This document shows positions 1-11,759 of a stretch of DNA of 64,000 nucleotides, in pieces. This DNA is from Acinetobacter phage vB_AbaSI_3. The position numbers and the translations under genes are program-made. The notes under the pieces are model-generated. The model saw only the letters and a list, made by a program, of their open reading frames with translations. It made no database searches and was not told where the DNA came from. Position 1 is the stretch's first letter; every line of letters begins with the position of its first letter. The stretch lies in sequence record PQ382034.1, one strand, 5' to 3'.

Positions 1-981
<981 letters not shown>

Positions 982-1008
982 TTGAAAAATAAATAAACAG
1001 GAGTCAAA

Positions 1009-2985
1009 ATGGCTTTACTATCACCTGGTATTGAATTAAAAGAAAATACCACACAAAGTACAGTAGTACAAAATGCCACTGGACGTGCAGCTATGGCTGG
1101 TAAGTTCCAATGGGGTCCTGCATATCAAGTAATTCAAGTAACAAATGAAGTAGAATTAGTAAACCTTTTTGGTCAACCTAATAACATTACTTCAGAATAC
1201 TTTATGTCGGCGGCAAATTTCCTTCAATATGGTAATGACTTACGATTAGTTCGCGTTGTTAATGAAGACGCTGCTAGAAACTCTAGTCCGATTGCAGGAA
1301 ATGTGAAATTCACTATTTCTTCTGCAGGTAATAACTATAAAGTTGGCGATAAGATACTAATCAAATACACGTCAACTGAAATCGAATCGAATGCCCGTGT
1401 AACATCAGTTGATGCTGATGGCAAAATCAAAAGCATCTTTATTCCCACTGATAAGATTATTGCATACGCAAAATCAATTGGGCAATATCCTGCTCTAAGT
1501 GATGCTTGGACTGCTGAAGTTGTATCGTCAACTGGTATCCAAGGTGCAATCAATCTAGGATCAATTGAAACTGACTCTGGTATCATTTTGACTGATCCTA
1601 ATAATGCATCTGCCAAAATGACTTCTACTAAATTCCAAGAATCGTTAGCAAAATATGGTATGCCTGGTGTTGTTGCGCTTTATCCAGGTGAAACAGGCGA
1701 CCAACTAGAAGTAGAAATTGTTTCTAAGGCTGATTATGATAAAGGCTCGCCAGTTTTAAATATCTATCCTTCAGGTGGCACAAGAGCATCTGTAGCTAAA
1801 GGTGTATTCGGGTACGGGCCTCAAACTGATGATCAATACGCGTTTATTGTGCGTCGCAATGGTGAAGTTGTAGAATCATACATCCTTTCTACTAAGGAAG
1901 GTGAAAAAGACATGTACGGTAGCAACATTTTCCTTGATGACTATTTTGCCCGCGGTTCAAGTAACTATATTTTTGCTACATCAACTGGCTTCCCTAAAGG
2001 TTTCTCAGGTATTATTCGCCTTAATGGAGGTTTATCTGCTAATGAAGCTGTAACTGCAGGCGATTTAATGCTTGGTTGGGACAAATTTGCTGATGCAGAA
2101 GCATTACATGTCAATTTGTTAATTGCCGGATCATGCGCAGGCGAAGATGCGGAAGTTGCTTCTACCGTTCAGAAACATGTAGTTTCTATCGCTGATGAAC
2201 GTAAAGACTGCCTAGTTTTAATTTCACCACCACGTGAGACAATTGTAAATATTGGCTTACCGATTGCAGTTGATAACCTAATTGCGTGGCGTCAAGGTAC
2301 CGGTGCTTATGATACTGCAAACATGAACATCAGTTCAACATATGCGTTTATTGATGGCAACTACAAATATCAATATGACAAATACAATGATGTTAACCGC
2401 TGGGTTCCATTAGCTGGTGATATCGCTGGATTATGTGCTCGTACTGATGATATTTCTCAACCGTGGATGTCTCCAGCAGGCTATCAACGTGGTCAATTGT
2501 TGAATGTTGTCAAGTTGGCTATCGAACCTCGTAAAGCACAACGTGACCGTATGTATCAAGATGCAATCAATCCAGTTATTGGTGCAAATGGTGGAGACGG
2601 ATTCGTGTTGTTTGGCGACAAAACTGCAACAAAAGTTCCTTCACCGTTTGACCGAGTAAACGTTCGTCGTTTATTCAATATGCTTAAAAAGAATATTGGT
2701 GATGCTTCTAAATTCCGTTTATTCGAAATTAACGATGCATTCACACGTAGTGCCTTCCGTATGGAAACTTCGCAATATCTTTCAGGCATTCGTTCTTTAG
2801 GCGGTGTATATGATTTCCGAGTAGTTTGTAACGAGACTAATAACACACCAGCGGTTATTGATCGAAATGAATTTGTTGCAACATTCTACATCAAACCGGC
2901 AAGGTCAATCAACTTTATTCAATTGAACTTTGTTGCTACTGCAACATCTGCAGATTTTGATGAATTGATTGGCAAACAACAATAA
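1009..2985 (+). CDS. 18: Contractile tail sheath protein gp18
   Basis: 658 aa. Position between gp17 and gp19. Recalled similarity to T4 gp18. RBS AGGAG lies upstream of the ATG. Confidence 0.9.
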   Translation: MALLSPGIELKENTTQSTVVQNATGRAAMAGKFQWGPAYQVIQVTNEVELVNLFGQPNNITSEYFMSAANFLQYGNDLRLVRVVNEDAARNSSPIAGNVKFTISSAGNNYKVGDKILIKYTSTEIESNARVTSVDADGKIKSIFIPTDKIIAYAKSIGQYPALSDAWTAEVVSSTGIQGAINLGSIETDSGIILTDPNNASAKMTSTKFQESLAKYGMPGVVALYPGETGDQLEVEIVSKADYDKGSPVLNIYPSGGTRASVAKGVFGYGPQTDDQYAFIVRRNGEVVESYILSTKEGEKDMYGSNIFLDDYFARGSSNYIFATSTGFPKGFSGIIRLNGGLSANEAVTAGDLMLGWDKFADAEALHVNLLIAGSCAGEDAEVASTVQKHVVSIADERKDCLVLISPPRETIVNIGLPIAVDNLIAWRQGTGAYDTANMNISSTYAFIDGNYKYQYDKYNDVNRWVPLAGDIAGLCARTDDISQPWMSPAGYQRGQLLNVVKLAIEPRKAQRDRMYQDAINPVIGANGGDGFVLFGDKTATKVPSPFDRVNVRRLFNMLKKNIGDASKFRLFEINDAFTRSAFRMETSQYLSGIRSLGGVYDFRVVCNETNNTPAVIDRNEFVATFYIKPARSINFIQLNFVATATSADFDELIGKQQ

Positions 2986-3021
2986 TAAATGGGCCTTCGG
3001 GCCCTAATTTAAGGAAATACA

Positions 3022-3513
3022 ATGGAACTTACAGATTTACTCAGAGCATTTGAATCTGGTGACTTTGCACGCCCTAACTTATTTGAAGTTGAAATCCCTT
3101 TCTTAGGCAAGAATTTTAGTTTTAAATGTAAAGCAGCTGCTATGCCACCAGCTAACGTTGACAAAATTGCAGTCGGCTTCCAAAACAGAAAGTTGCATGT
3201 TGCTGGCGATAGAACATTTGATGACTGGTCGGTAACGATTTATTCAGATGACAAGCATGAAACTCGTCAGGCTATCCTTGATTGGCAAAATCTATGTCAT
3301 GGGCAAGGTGCAGAAATTAGCGGTGCAACACCTGCTGATTACAAAAAGACAGCAATTATTCGCCAGTTTGGACGCGACGGCAAAACGATCACTAAAGAGT
3401 ATACGATTTATGGGCTATGGCCAACTCTTGTAGGTGAAGTGCAATTGGACTGGGACCAAAACTCGGAAGTAGAAACATTTGAAACTACGTTTGCATTAGA
3501 TTATTGGCTATAA
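3022..3513 (+). CDS. 19: Tail tube protein gp19
   Basis: 163 aa, the same length as T4 gp19. Motifs AFESGDFARPNLFEVEI and DRTFDDWSVT match my memory of T4 gp19. Confidence 0.92.
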   Translation: MELTDLLRAFESGDFARPNLFEVEIPFLGKNFSFKCKAAAMPPANVDKIAVGFQNRKLHVAGDRTFDDWSVTIYSDDKHETRQAILDWQNLCHGQGAEISGATPADYKKTAIIRQFGRDGKTITKEYTIYGLWPTLVGEVQLDWDQNSEVETFETTFALDYWL

Positions 3514-3528
3514 GTGAAATCCGATTGG

Positions 3529-3536
3529 TATAAATA
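3529..3536 (+). promoter_or_regulatory. Late promoter TATAAATA upstream of gp20
   Basis: Exact octamer. Confidence 0.65.
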
Positions 3537-3573
3537 AACTTATATCAATCGGAACCACTCTGTAGGAGGATTT

Positions 3574-5127
3574 ATGCAAGATGTGAACGATTTGAAAATG
3601 TTCGCTTTTTGGCAAAAAGTTGATACCGCAGAATACGATCAAATTATTAACAATAAAGCAGAATCAATTACTGCTCCAAAATTTGATGATGGTGCTACAG
3701 AAATTGAATCTACCGATGCAGCATACAACGGTGTATTTAGACAACTTTATGGTAATCAAGACCCTAACGTTACATCAACAAAAGAATTAATCAATACTTA
3801 TCGAAGTATGCTTAATAATTATGAAGTTGATAATGCAGTTCAAGAAATTGTCTCTGATGCAGTAGTGTATGAAGATGGGTATGATGTTGTATCATTGGAC
3901 TTAGACCAAACAAAATTTTCAGAAAATATTAGAGAGAAAATTTTAGAAGAATTTAACGAAGTTCTCAACATGTTAAAATTCCAACGAAAAGGATCTGATC
4001 ATTTCAGACGTTGGTATGTTGATTCTCGTATATTTTTCCATAAAATCATTAATCCATCTCGCCCTAAAGATGGAATTATTGAACTTAGACGCCTTGACCC
4101 TAGACAAGTGCAATTTATTCGTGAAATCGAAACTGTTACTGAAAAAGGTGTTAAAGTTGTCAAAGGATATCGTGAATACTTTATCTACGACACACAAAAT
4201 GATTCGTATAACTGTGGCGGCCAACATTTTGCAGCAGGGACAAAGGTTAAGATTCCTTACTCTGCAATGGTGTATGCCCATTCAGGATTAACAGATTGTT
4301 GCGGCAAAAATATCATTGGGTATTTGCACAGAGCTGTAAAGCCGGCAAACCAGCTTAAATTGCTTGAAGACGCAATGATGATATATCGTCTTACTCGTGC
4401 ACCGGATCGTCGAGTTTTTTATATCGATACTGGTAATATGCCAGCACGTAAAGCTGCCCAATATATGCAACACATTATGAATTCTCACCGAAATAGAATT
4501 TCATATGATGCTTCAACCGGTAAAATTAAAAATCAAGCAAATATGATGGCCTTGACAGAAGATTATTGGTTGCAACGTCGTGATGGTAAAGCTGTAACAG
4601 AAGTTGATACTCTTCCTGGAATGTCCGGGATGAATGAAATGGATGATGTCCTCTATTTCAGAAAGGCATTATACATGGCTTTACGTGTTCCTCTGTCAAG
4701 AATTCCAGATGAACAATCACAAAATGTGTTTGATATGAGCACAGCTATTTCTCGTGATGAGCTTAGATTTGATAAGTTCATAATGGAATTACAACACAAA
4801 TTTGAAGAAGTTTTCCTTAATCCTCTCAAAAGCAACTTATTGCTTAAGAGAATCATCGACGAGGATGAGTGGGAGAATGAAATAAATAATATCAAAGTCG
4901 TATTCCACAAAAATTCATACTTCACTGAAATGAAGGACATGGAAATTTTGGAACGCCGAGTCAATGCGCTGAATTTGGTTGAACCTTATGTTGGAAAATA
5001 TATTTCTAATCAAACTGCAATGAAACAATTCTTGCATATGTCGGATGAAGAAATTGCAGCAGAGCGTAAGATTATTGACGAAGAGCTTAAAGATAAAGTA
5101 TATAACCCACCAGAAGAGGAACTATAA
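3574..5127 (+). CDS. 20: Portal vertex protein gp20
   Basis: 517 aa, at the gp20 position in T4 synteny. A late promoter lies upstream. Confidence 0.9.
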   Translation: MQDVNDLKMFAFWQKVDTAEYDQIINNKAESITAPKFDDGATEIESTDAAYNGVFRQLYGNQDPNVTSTKELINTYRSMLNNYEVDNAVQEIVSDAVVYEDGYDVVSLDLDQTKFSENIREKILEEFNEVLNMLKFQRKGSDHFRRWYVDSRIFFHKIINPSRPKDGIIELRRLDPRQVQFIREIETVTEKGVKVVKGYREYFIYDTQNDSYNCGGQHFAAGTKVKIPYSAMVYAHSGLTDCCGKNIIGYLHRAVKPANQLKLLEDAMMIYRLTRAPDRRVFYIDTGNMPARKAAQYMQHIMNSHRNRISYDASTGKIKNQANMMALTEDYWLQRRDGKAVTEVDTLPGMSGMNEMDDVLYFRKALYMALRVPLSRIPDEQSQNVFDMSTAISRDELRFDKFIMELQHKFEEVFLNPLKSNLLLKRIIDEDEWENEINNIKVVFHKNSYFTEMKDMEILERRVNALNLVEPYVGKYISNQTAMKQFLHMSDEEIAAERKIIDEELKDKVYNPPEEEL

Positions 5128-5336
5128 TGGATGATATTATCAAAGCCATTGCTTCCAACGACCTAGTAAAATTTAAGCGTTGCTTTAATGAAGCTATGGC
5201 AGCAAAAGTTGGAAACGTTTTGGCAGAAGAAAAATTAAAAATTGCCAAATCTGTCATGATTGAAGGCGAAGATAAAGTCGTTGATGATGAAGATGATGAA
5301 GATGATGACAATGACGACGATGAGGACGAAGAGTAA
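5127..5336 (+). CDS. 67: Prohead core protein gp67 with an acidic C-terminal tail
   Basis: 69 aa. The poly-D/E C-terminus and the position after gp20 match T4 gp67. Confidence 0.7.
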   Translation: MDDIIKAIASNDLVKFKRCFNEAMAAKVGNVLAEEKLKIAKSVMIEGEDKVVDDEDDEDDDNDDDEDEE

Positions 5337-5764
5337 TGTTGATTATTGTTGAAAACGAATTAGTTTTTGATAATGTTTCAAATCTTTTACCTGAGGCCCA
5401 AGAACGTTTAAATGGATTTTCAACAATTTTTGAAAAGGATGAAATTGTAAAGATTGTTGAAAATTTAGCAAAAACTGAGCCTGAACTTGCTGTAGCTATT
5501 GGTTCTCTCGTTGAAGATGTTCCTTTAAATGAATTCATGGTCAAACATGTAAGTGCTAAAGGTGAACTAACAAAAACTAAAGATCGTAAAACGCGTGAGC
5601 GTAATGCATATCAAACAACAGGTTTATCAAAATCTGAACGCCGTCGTATTGCACGCAAGGCAGTCAAAACGAAAAAAGCTAATCCTTCTGAACAAATTCG
5701 TACACAAAAGAAAATCAAAAAAGCTCGAGCTAAACGCAAGAGTATGTATGGACTTAAACCATGA
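5336..5764 (+). CDS. 68: Prohead core protein gp68
   Basis: 142 aa (T4 gp68 is about 141 aa). Basic C-terminus. Synteny. Confidence 0.65.
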   Translation: MLIIVENELVFDNVSNLLPEAQERLNGFSTIFEKDEIVKIVENLAKTEPELAVAIGSLVEDVPLNEFMVKHVSAKGELTKTKDRKTRERNAYQTTGLSKSERRRIARKAVKTKKANPSEQIRTQKKIKKARAKRKSMYGLKP

Positions 5765-6408
5765 GCAATGAACCTCAATTGTTAATTGAGCATTGGGGAC
5801 AGGCATCAGAAATTAATGATGTTTCAGCTTTTCAATTGGATGAATCAACAGGTAAAGGATTACCTCCTGGACTTTATATTGAAGGAATTTTCCTTCAAGC
5901 GAATGTTGTTAATCGCAACAAACGTTACTACCCAAAGGCTGTTTTAGAAAAAGCCGTTGATAAGTATATTAAAGAACAGGTCAGTACAAATCAAGCATTA
6001 GGTGAATTAAATCATCCACCTCGTGCTAATGTTGACCCAATGCAAGCCGCTATTATTATCGAAGATATGTGGTGGTCAGGCAATAATGTTATGGGCAGAG
6101 CAAGAATTATTGAAGGCGATCAAGGAGCCGGCGATAAATTAGCTGCCTTGATACGTTCTGGGTGGAAGCCTGGAGTGTCTAGTCGTGGTCTTGGAAGTGT
6201 CAAAGATTCTGGACGTGGATATAATATAGTCCAAGATGGATTCAGATTGACAGTTGGCGTCGATGTTGTTTGGGGCCCAAGTGCACCAGATGCATGGGTA
6301 AAACCTTTAGAGATCACAGAAAGCGTAAATGAAGATGCAAATGTAGCACAACCTCAGAACGCTGATTCAGCATTCAAGACGCTTATTAACAACTTGAGTG
6401 CATTATAA
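5761..6408 (+). CDS. 21: Prohead core scaffold and protease gp21
   Basis: 215 aa. Synteny between gp68 and gp22. Length close to T4 gp21. Confidence 0.85.
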   Translation: MSNEPQLLIEHWGQASEINDVSAFQLDESTGKGLPPGLYIEGIFLQANVVNRNKRYYPKAVLEKAVDKYIKEQVSTNQALGELNHPPRANVDPMQAAIIIEDMWWSGNNVMGRARIIEGDQGAGDKLAALIRSGWKPGVSSRGLGSVKDSGRGYNIVQDGFRLTVGVDVVWGPSAPDAWVKPLEITESVNEDANVAQPQNADSAFKTLINNLSAL

Positions 6409-6411
6409 ATA
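6404..6411 (+). promoter_or_regulatory. Late promoter TATAAATA upstream of gp22
   Basis: Exact octamer. Confidence 0.65.
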
Positions 6412-6437
6412 AAATTATATTAAAACAGGAAATCAAA

Positions 6438-7271
6438 ATGCTGAAAGAACAATTACTTAAGGAAGCTCAAGAAATTGAAGTTTCCGTAGAATTAGACGGT
6501 ATTTTTGAATCAGTAGAACTTTCTGAAGAAATGCAACAGAATTTTAAAACTGTATTCGAAGCTGCTGTTAAGAAAAATGCCGCAACTTTAGCTGAAGCGC
6601 ATATTACACAAATCGCCGAAAAGGCTGATGAACGTGTTAATGAAGCAGTCGAAGAGCGTTCTAAGGCTATCGAAGCTAAACTTGTTGAATGTGCTGATAA
6701 ATTATTTGAGCATACTGCAAAAGAATGGCTTGCTGAAAATAAAGTCCAAGTTGAACGTGGTATCAAGGCAGATTTATTCGAATCAATGTTTGAAGGTCTC
6801 AAAGCTTTGGTTGTAGAACATAATGTTGTTTTACCTGAAGAATCAGTTGATGTTGTAACTGAAATGGAAGAAGAGCTCGAAGAACATAAAGAAGAAAATT
6901 CAAAATTGTTCAGTGCCTTAACTGAAGCTCAGGATGAATTAAAAACTTTGAAACGCGAAATTGCCGTAAATGAAGCAACAAGTGAACTTACTGAAAGCCA
7001 AAAAGAAAAAGTTCATAGCTTAATTGAAGGCCTTGAATACGGCGATGCATTTGAAGCTAAACTACAAGCTATTGTTGAAATGGCAACTACCACTAAGCAA
7101 CCCGCTACAATTGTTGAAAGCACAAGCGACACCAATGAAGCCGAAATAAATAATACTAATAGCGAAGCAGATGGATTAAACTACATTGTGGAAGAGCATA
7201 AAGAGCCTGAAACATCTCCAGTACCAAATGCAAAAATCAACTCATATGTAGCAGCTGCAAAACGCTTCTAA
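6438..7271 (+). CDS. 22: Prohead scaffolding protein gp22
   Basis: 277 aa, highly acidic, with coiled-coil character. Synteny. A late promoter lies upstream. Confidence 0.8.
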   Translation: MLKEQLLKEAQEIEVSVELDGIFESVELSEEMQQNFKTVFEAAVKKNAATLAEAHITQIAEKADERVNEAVEERSKAIEAKLVECADKLFEHTAKEWLAENKVQVERGIKADLFESMFEGLKALVVEHNVVLPEESVDVVTEMEEELEEHKEENSKLFSALTEAQDELKTLKREIAVNEATSELTESQKEKVHSLIEGLEYGDAFEAKLQAIVEMATTTKQPATIVESTSDTNEAEINNTNSEADGLNYIVEEHKEPETSPVPNAKINSYVAAAKRF

Positions 7272-7300
7272 TAAAAAATTATTCATAAAGGTAATAAAAC

Positions 7301-8881
7301 ATGTCTCAATTCAAACAAAAAACTAAAGAACAATTAATGGAAACTTGGGGTGATTTGCTCACTGCTGAAGGTTTACCAAAAATTGATGAAAGCCGCCATG
7401 TAGTAATGGCTAAAATCTTCGAAAACCAAGAAGCGGATTTTGCTACTGGCACTGAATACCGTGATCCTGAAATTGTTAAAGCATTTAGTGGTTTCTTAAC
7501 CGAAGCAGAAATTGGCGGTGACCATGGTTATGATGCAACAAATATTGCAGCAGGTCAAACTTCTGGTGCTGTAACTCAAATCGGTCCTGCGATTATGGGT
7601 ATGGTACGCCGTGCAATTCCTAACTTGATCGCTTTTGATATTTGCGGTGTACAACCTTTAAATGGTCCTACGGGTCAAATCTTCTCGTTACGTTCAGTGT
7701 ATGGTAAAGATCCTCTAGCAGCAGGTGCTAAAGAAGCTTTCCACCCAATGCTATCTCCTGACACAATGCATTCAGGTCAAGGTGCTGCTGAAGCATTTGA
7801 AAATGTTAAAGCCGGTGACACATTAGCAATTGGTGATATTAAACGTCATGACTTTGCTGACACAGGACGTGTATATATCCAAGCAATTAAAGCAGTAACA
7901 GTTGATGCTGGTGCTACTGATGCAGAAAAACTTGATGTAGAAATCAAAAAATTAATGGCCTCAGGTTCAGTTGCTGAAATTGGCGTTGGTATGGCTACAT
8001 CAGTTGCAGAATTGCAAGAAGGTTTCAATGGTTCACAAAATAACCCTTGGAACGAAATGGGATTCCGTATTGACAAGCAATCAGTTGAAGTTAAATCTCG
8101 TCAATTGAAAGCACAATACTCAATTGAACTTGCGCAAGATTTGAAAGCTGTACATGGTATGGATGCTGATGCTGAATTAGCAGGTATTCTTGCAACAGAA
8201 ATTATGCTTGAAATCAACCGTGAAATTGTTGATTGGATCAACTTCTCAGCTCAAATCGGTAAAACTGGCTTTACTCAAACAAATGGCTCTAAAGCAGGTG
8301 TATTCGACTTCCAAGATCCGATCGATGTAAAAGGTGCACGTTGGGCTGGTGAAGCGTATAAAGCGCTTTTAATCCAAATCGATAAAGAAGCTTCAGAAAT
8401 TGCTCGTCAAACTGGACGTGGTATCGGTAACTTCATCATCGCATCTCGTAACGTAGTTATGGCACTTGCACAAGTTGATGAACGTGTCAGCCCTGCCGCT
8501 CAAGGTCTTGCTTCTGGCATGAACTATGACACTACTAAAGCAACATTTGCTGGTGTACTTGGTGGTCGTTACAAAGTGTATATCGATCAATATGCACGTG
8601 AAGATTATTTCACAGTTGGTTTCAAAGGTTCAAGCGAACTTGATGCTGGTATTTACTACAGCCCATACGTTCCATTGACTCCATTACGTGGTTCTGATCC
8701 TAAGAATTTCCAACCAGTGATGGGCTTCAAAACTCGTTATGCAGTTGGTATCAACCCATTCGCAGATACAGTTGCACAAGCTCCAGCTGGTAACAAGCGT
8801 ATTAGCAATGGTATGCCAACCATCGAAAATTCAGCTGGTAAAAACGGTTACTTCCGTAAAGTCTATGTTAAGGGAATCTAA
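7301..8881 (+). CDS. 23: Major capsid protein gp23
   Basis: 526 aa. Strong recalled similarity to T4 gp23, e.g. KSRQLKAQYSIELAQDLKAVHGMD. Paralogous to the downstream gp24. Confidence 0.95.
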   Translation: MSQFKQKTKEQLMETWGDLLTAEGLPKIDESRHVVMAKIFENQEADFATGTEYRDPEIVKAFSGFLTEAEIGGDHGYDATNIAAGQTSGAVTQIGPAIMGMVRRAIPNLIAFDICGVQPLNGPTGQIFSLRSVYGKDPLAAGAKEAFHPMLSPDTMHSGQGAAEAFENVKAGDTLAIGDIKRHDFADTGRVYIQAIKAVTVDAGATDAEKLDVEIKKLMASGSVAEIGVGMATSVAELQEGFNGSQNNPWNEMGFRIDKQSVEVKSRQLKAQYSIELAQDLKAVHGMDADAELAGILATEIMLEINREIVDWINFSAQIGKTGFTQTNGSKAGVFDFQDPIDVKGARWAGEAYKALLIQIDKEASEIARQTGRGIGNFIIASRNVVMALAQVDERVSPAAQGLASGMNYDTTKATFAGVLGGRYKVYIDQYAREDYFTVGFKGSSELDAGIYYSPYVPLTPLRGSDPKNFQPVMGFKTRYAVGINPFADTVAQAPAGNKRISNGMPTIENSAGKNGYFRKVYVKGI

Positions 8882-8906
8882 TACCTTAGCATTCTTTGAA
8901 AAAGTA

Positions 8907-8936
8907 AAGGGACTCATTTGAGTCCCTTTTTTGTTT
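8907..8936. terminator. Bidirectional rho-independent terminator between gp23 and the inverted HEG-like ORF
   Basis: Hairpin agggactc-attt-gagtccct followed by TTTTTTG, with an A-run upstream. Confidence 0.7.
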
Positions 8937-10344
8937 TGTATAATATGTTACCACAGTCCCATATTCTCCGTAAACCGTTTGCATAGCAATTTTCAGATTC
9001 AGATAGTTCTTCATCAAATATTTCTAACTTGTCTTTAAGGACATGCTTCATGTAACCTGAACGATGTTTGAGTTCTCCATCAACAATATAAAAATATCCA
9101 GGCTTTGTTACTCCAACTTTCTCCATTCCCATTTGTTCATATACATTTCCGAAACTCCAGCGTCGATTTGCATATGAAATCAAATTCATTCCTTTAAGAA
9201 GTTTTGATGCACCGCCAACTACACAGGTATATTTTTTAGAACATAGTCTCAATAGTTCCATGTCATATCCTTTATTAAATCGTGGCTTACCAAACGTTGC
9301 AACTTGAACAAGTTCGCCGTTATAGAACAGACCTTTAGCTGATGATGCACCACATTTGCCTTGTAGATGGTTCTCTTCACAAAATTCATGTGCTACTGAA
9401 ACAGAGATATCTCTAATGACACATTTTCGAGCATAGATTGTTTTTGATTTGCCCAATTTGTGTGAAATGACTGATTTCCAAATTTCACGTTTTATTGGAT
9501 TTCGCCATTCATTTTCAAAAATGTGCAATAAGTGGATACCTTGCTTTTCGCATTCTTCGGTTTTTGAAATGTGAGAGTTTCTAATGTGTTTATCGTTATC
9601 AGAATCTCCTGAACTATGCCAGAAAATGCCATTGTACTCTATTGCGAGCTTATGCGAAGGAATATACAGATCTAATTCTCTTGGAGGTATTATGTCTCTT
9701 CTATTAATATCCACTGTAGCGCCTAGGCTTGTTATAAATTCATATAGTTCATCTTCTGCAATGGATCTACTTTTGGTACGAACACCATGATCAAGAGAAA
9801 TCCTATACATGAATGTATAATGGCACCCAATAATTTTAACCAATTCATCAAACCCATGTGTCTCGTACATTTTAGTGAATTGGGCTTTATCATATACCCA
9901 ATCTGGTATATGATCTCTGCTTGGTTTTCTCGCCTTTATGGATTTGATGCCTTCTTTGGTGGTCCCGACATCACCATAACGTTCTCTGCGAGTATCCCAA
10001 ACCTTTTGATGATAGTCATTTCGGCCTTTGAGAGCTGAAGAGATTTTCTTTGTCCTTGCCTCAACATCAGTGTTGCTTACTTTCTTTTGCTTGACTTCAG
10101 GATCGTTAGCCGAACATTTTCTACTACAATACAATGAACCAATAGGTGCTGGATTAGAGCATACTTTACATTTAGGCAGTTCTGTTAGACCTAGCATTGC
10201 TAGTTTCATAACCGTGCTATCATCAAGACTGGCGTCGTACGCTGAACGATCAAACTTATCTGGATTATTCTGCACTAATTTCCGCCAGTTTGGGTTTAGT
10301 TTGCCCTTTGCATTCTTAAAAAAATCTATGTCTATCATCATCAT
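8914..10344 (-). CDS. Free-standing homing-endonuclease-like protein with an N-terminal Cys4 zinc finger and a Vsr/DUF559-type PD-(D/E)XK nuclease motif (LAIEYNGIFWHS)
   Basis: 476 aa. It is inverted between gp23 and gp24, the T4 segD hotspot. CKVC...CSRKC zinc-finger residues at the N-terminus. IEYNG..WH matches the Vsr-like endonuclease signature. It shares a bidirectional terminator hairpin with gp23. Confidence 0.5.
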   Translation of the reverse strand: MMMIDIDFFKNAKGKLNPNWRKLVQNNPDKFDRSAYDASLDDSTVMKLAMLGLTELPKCKVCSNPAPIGSLYCSRKCSANDPEVKQKKVSNTDVEARTKKISSALKGRNDYHQKVWDTRRERYGDVGTTKEGIKSIKARKPSRDHIPDWVYDKAQFTKMYETHGFDELVKIIGCHYTFMYRISLDHGVRTKSRSIAEDELYEFITSLGATVDINRRDIIPPRELDLYIPSHKLAIEYNGIFWHSSGDSDNDKHIRNSHISKTEECEKQGIHLLHIFENEWRNPIKREIWKSVISHKLGKSKTIYARKCVIRDISVSVAHEFCEENHLQGKCGASSAKGLFYNGELVQVATFGKPRFNKGYDMELLRLCSKKYTCVVGGASKLLKGMNLISYANRRWSFGNVYEQMGMEKVGVTKPGYFYIVDGELKHRSGYMKHVLKDKLEIFDEELSESENCYANGLRRIWDCGNILYKTKKGLK

Positions 10345-10386
10345 CCACTCAATAGAAGTGTATAGGTATAATTATATATCATCGCA

Positions 10387-10394
10387 TATAAATA
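10387..10394 (+). promoter_or_regulatory. Late promoter TATAAATA upstream of gp24
   Basis: Exact octamer. Confidence 0.65.
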
Positions 10395-10425
10395 GTAAAT
10401 ATACGCGTATAAAAGGAACCAATTT

Positions 10426-11697
10426 ATGAATCAAAAACATATTGATAAACTTATGATTGAATCTGTTCAATCTGCTGATAGCTTAATTGACAAGCCAGCG
10501 TTATTAGGACTAACACGAGCTACAACAAATTTAGTCTATCATGACTTAGTTGCAACTCAATACACTGATAAGCCTATCGCTGCTCTATTTGGTGTAAAGT
10601 ACCTTAATCCAAATAAAGAATTAACATTCGTTACTGGTGCAACCTATGGCGGTGCTTACGGAGAAAAAGAACGAGCATCGATGGTAGAAGCAACTGTTGG
10701 CATGTCTCCATTAAAAGGCACCGAATTTAAGCACAATAATATTGTATATAAAGTACTAGTTGACGATCCATTTGCAGGCATTACTGAAACAGAATTAGAT
10801 GACATTATTGCAGAAGCAGTCATTCTATCGACAATTAGACTCGCATCTGAAGCAGCAGAAACATCAAAATTTGAAGCAGAAGATTCATCAATTTCTGATT
10901 CTCGGTTTGAGATCAATCGTTGGCAGGCTAATGTCAAGTCTCGTAAGTTAAAAACTGAATTGTCAGTTGAGCTTGCACAAGATTTAGAAGCCGCAGGTTT
11001 TGATACTGCCGAGTTGTTAGAAGATCTATTAGCTACACAAATGGCAGAAGAAATTAACAAAGACATCATGCAGTCGTTGATTACTGTTTCACGTAGATTC
11101 AAAATTGATGGTGCAGAAAATGCTATCCTAGATTTATCTGCAGTAGGAAGTTCAGTTGATCAAGCTCGTAATTTATACCGCTATGTATGTGAAATGAATG
11201 CGAATATTCAAAAAACTACTGCATATAGCGCTACATTTGTACTTGCTTCTGCTCGTGTTGCAGCTCTATTGTGTTCGTCTGGCTGGGTTAAAGCAAATAC
11301 AGATGAAACACCTGATGCATCGATGGGCGTCCTTAAAAATGGTCTTGCATTATATTCAGACAACAACAGCCCGGTGGATTACATTATTGTCGGCGTAAAA
11401 TCATCATTTGGCGAACAAGAAAATGTTGGGTCATTATTTTATGCTCCATATGTTGAAGGACGTCCCGAAGGCTCTGATCCAACTGACCATGTCGGTGCAT
11501 ACAAGGTCATTAATGATCCGAATAGTTTGCAACCAAAAATCATGTTACTTATTCGCTACGCATTGTCAGTGAACCCTTATACGGTCGGACTCACTGATGC
11601 ACAGGCAAAAGTTGTTGATTCTACAAATTTAGATAACTTCGCAGGTCAAAGTGATATGTCAATTATCCTTGGTGTTAAATTGCCAAAATTAAAGTAA
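10426..11697 (+). CDS. 24: Capsid vertex protein gp24 (gp23 paralogue)
   Basis: 423 aa. KSRKLKTELSVELAQDLEAAGFD parallels the gp23 motif. A TATAAATA late promoter lies upstream. Confidence 0.9.
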   Translation: MNQKHIDKLMIESVQSADSLIDKPALLGLTRATTNLVYHDLVATQYTDKPIAALFGVKYLNPNKELTFVTGATYGGAYGEKERASMVEATVGMSPLKGTEFKHNNIVYKVLVDDPFAGITETELDDIIAEAVILSTIRLASEAAETSKFEAEDSSISDSRFEINRWQANVKSRKLKTELSVELAQDLEAAGFDTAELLEDLLATQMAEEINKDIMQSLITVSRRFKIDGAENAILDLSAVGSSVDQARNLYRYVCEMNANIQKTTAYSATFVLASARVAALLCSSGWVKANTDETPDASMGVLKNGLALYSDNNSPVDYIIVGVKSSFGEQENVGSLFYAPYVEGRPEGSDPTDHVGAYKVINDPNSLQPKIMLLIRYALSVNPYTVGLTDAQAKVVDSTNLDNFAGQSDMSIILGVKLPKLK

Positions 11698-11725
11698 CAT
11701 TTCTTACTGAGATAAATTACACATA

Positions 11726-11757
11726 CAAAAAAGGGAGCCATTTGGCTCCCTTTTTTG
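11726..11757. terminator. Bidirectional terminator between gp24 and hoc
   Basis: aaaaaagggagcc-attt-ggctccc-tttttt. Confidence 0.8.
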
Positions 11758-11759
11758 GT

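Noticed and set aside
1335-1616. Antisense ORFs inside structural genes (e.g. 1335..1616-, 2556..2846-, 49653..50219-, 56851..57177-, 27456..27968+)
   Set aside because: They are embedded opposite well-supported long genes, have no RBS or promoter, and show low-complexity composition typical of spurious reverse-frame ORFs.
5087-5311. Poly-Ser ORF antisense to the gp67 acidic tail
   Set aside because: A mirror artefact of the GAT/GAA repeats that encode the poly-D/E C-terminus of gp67.
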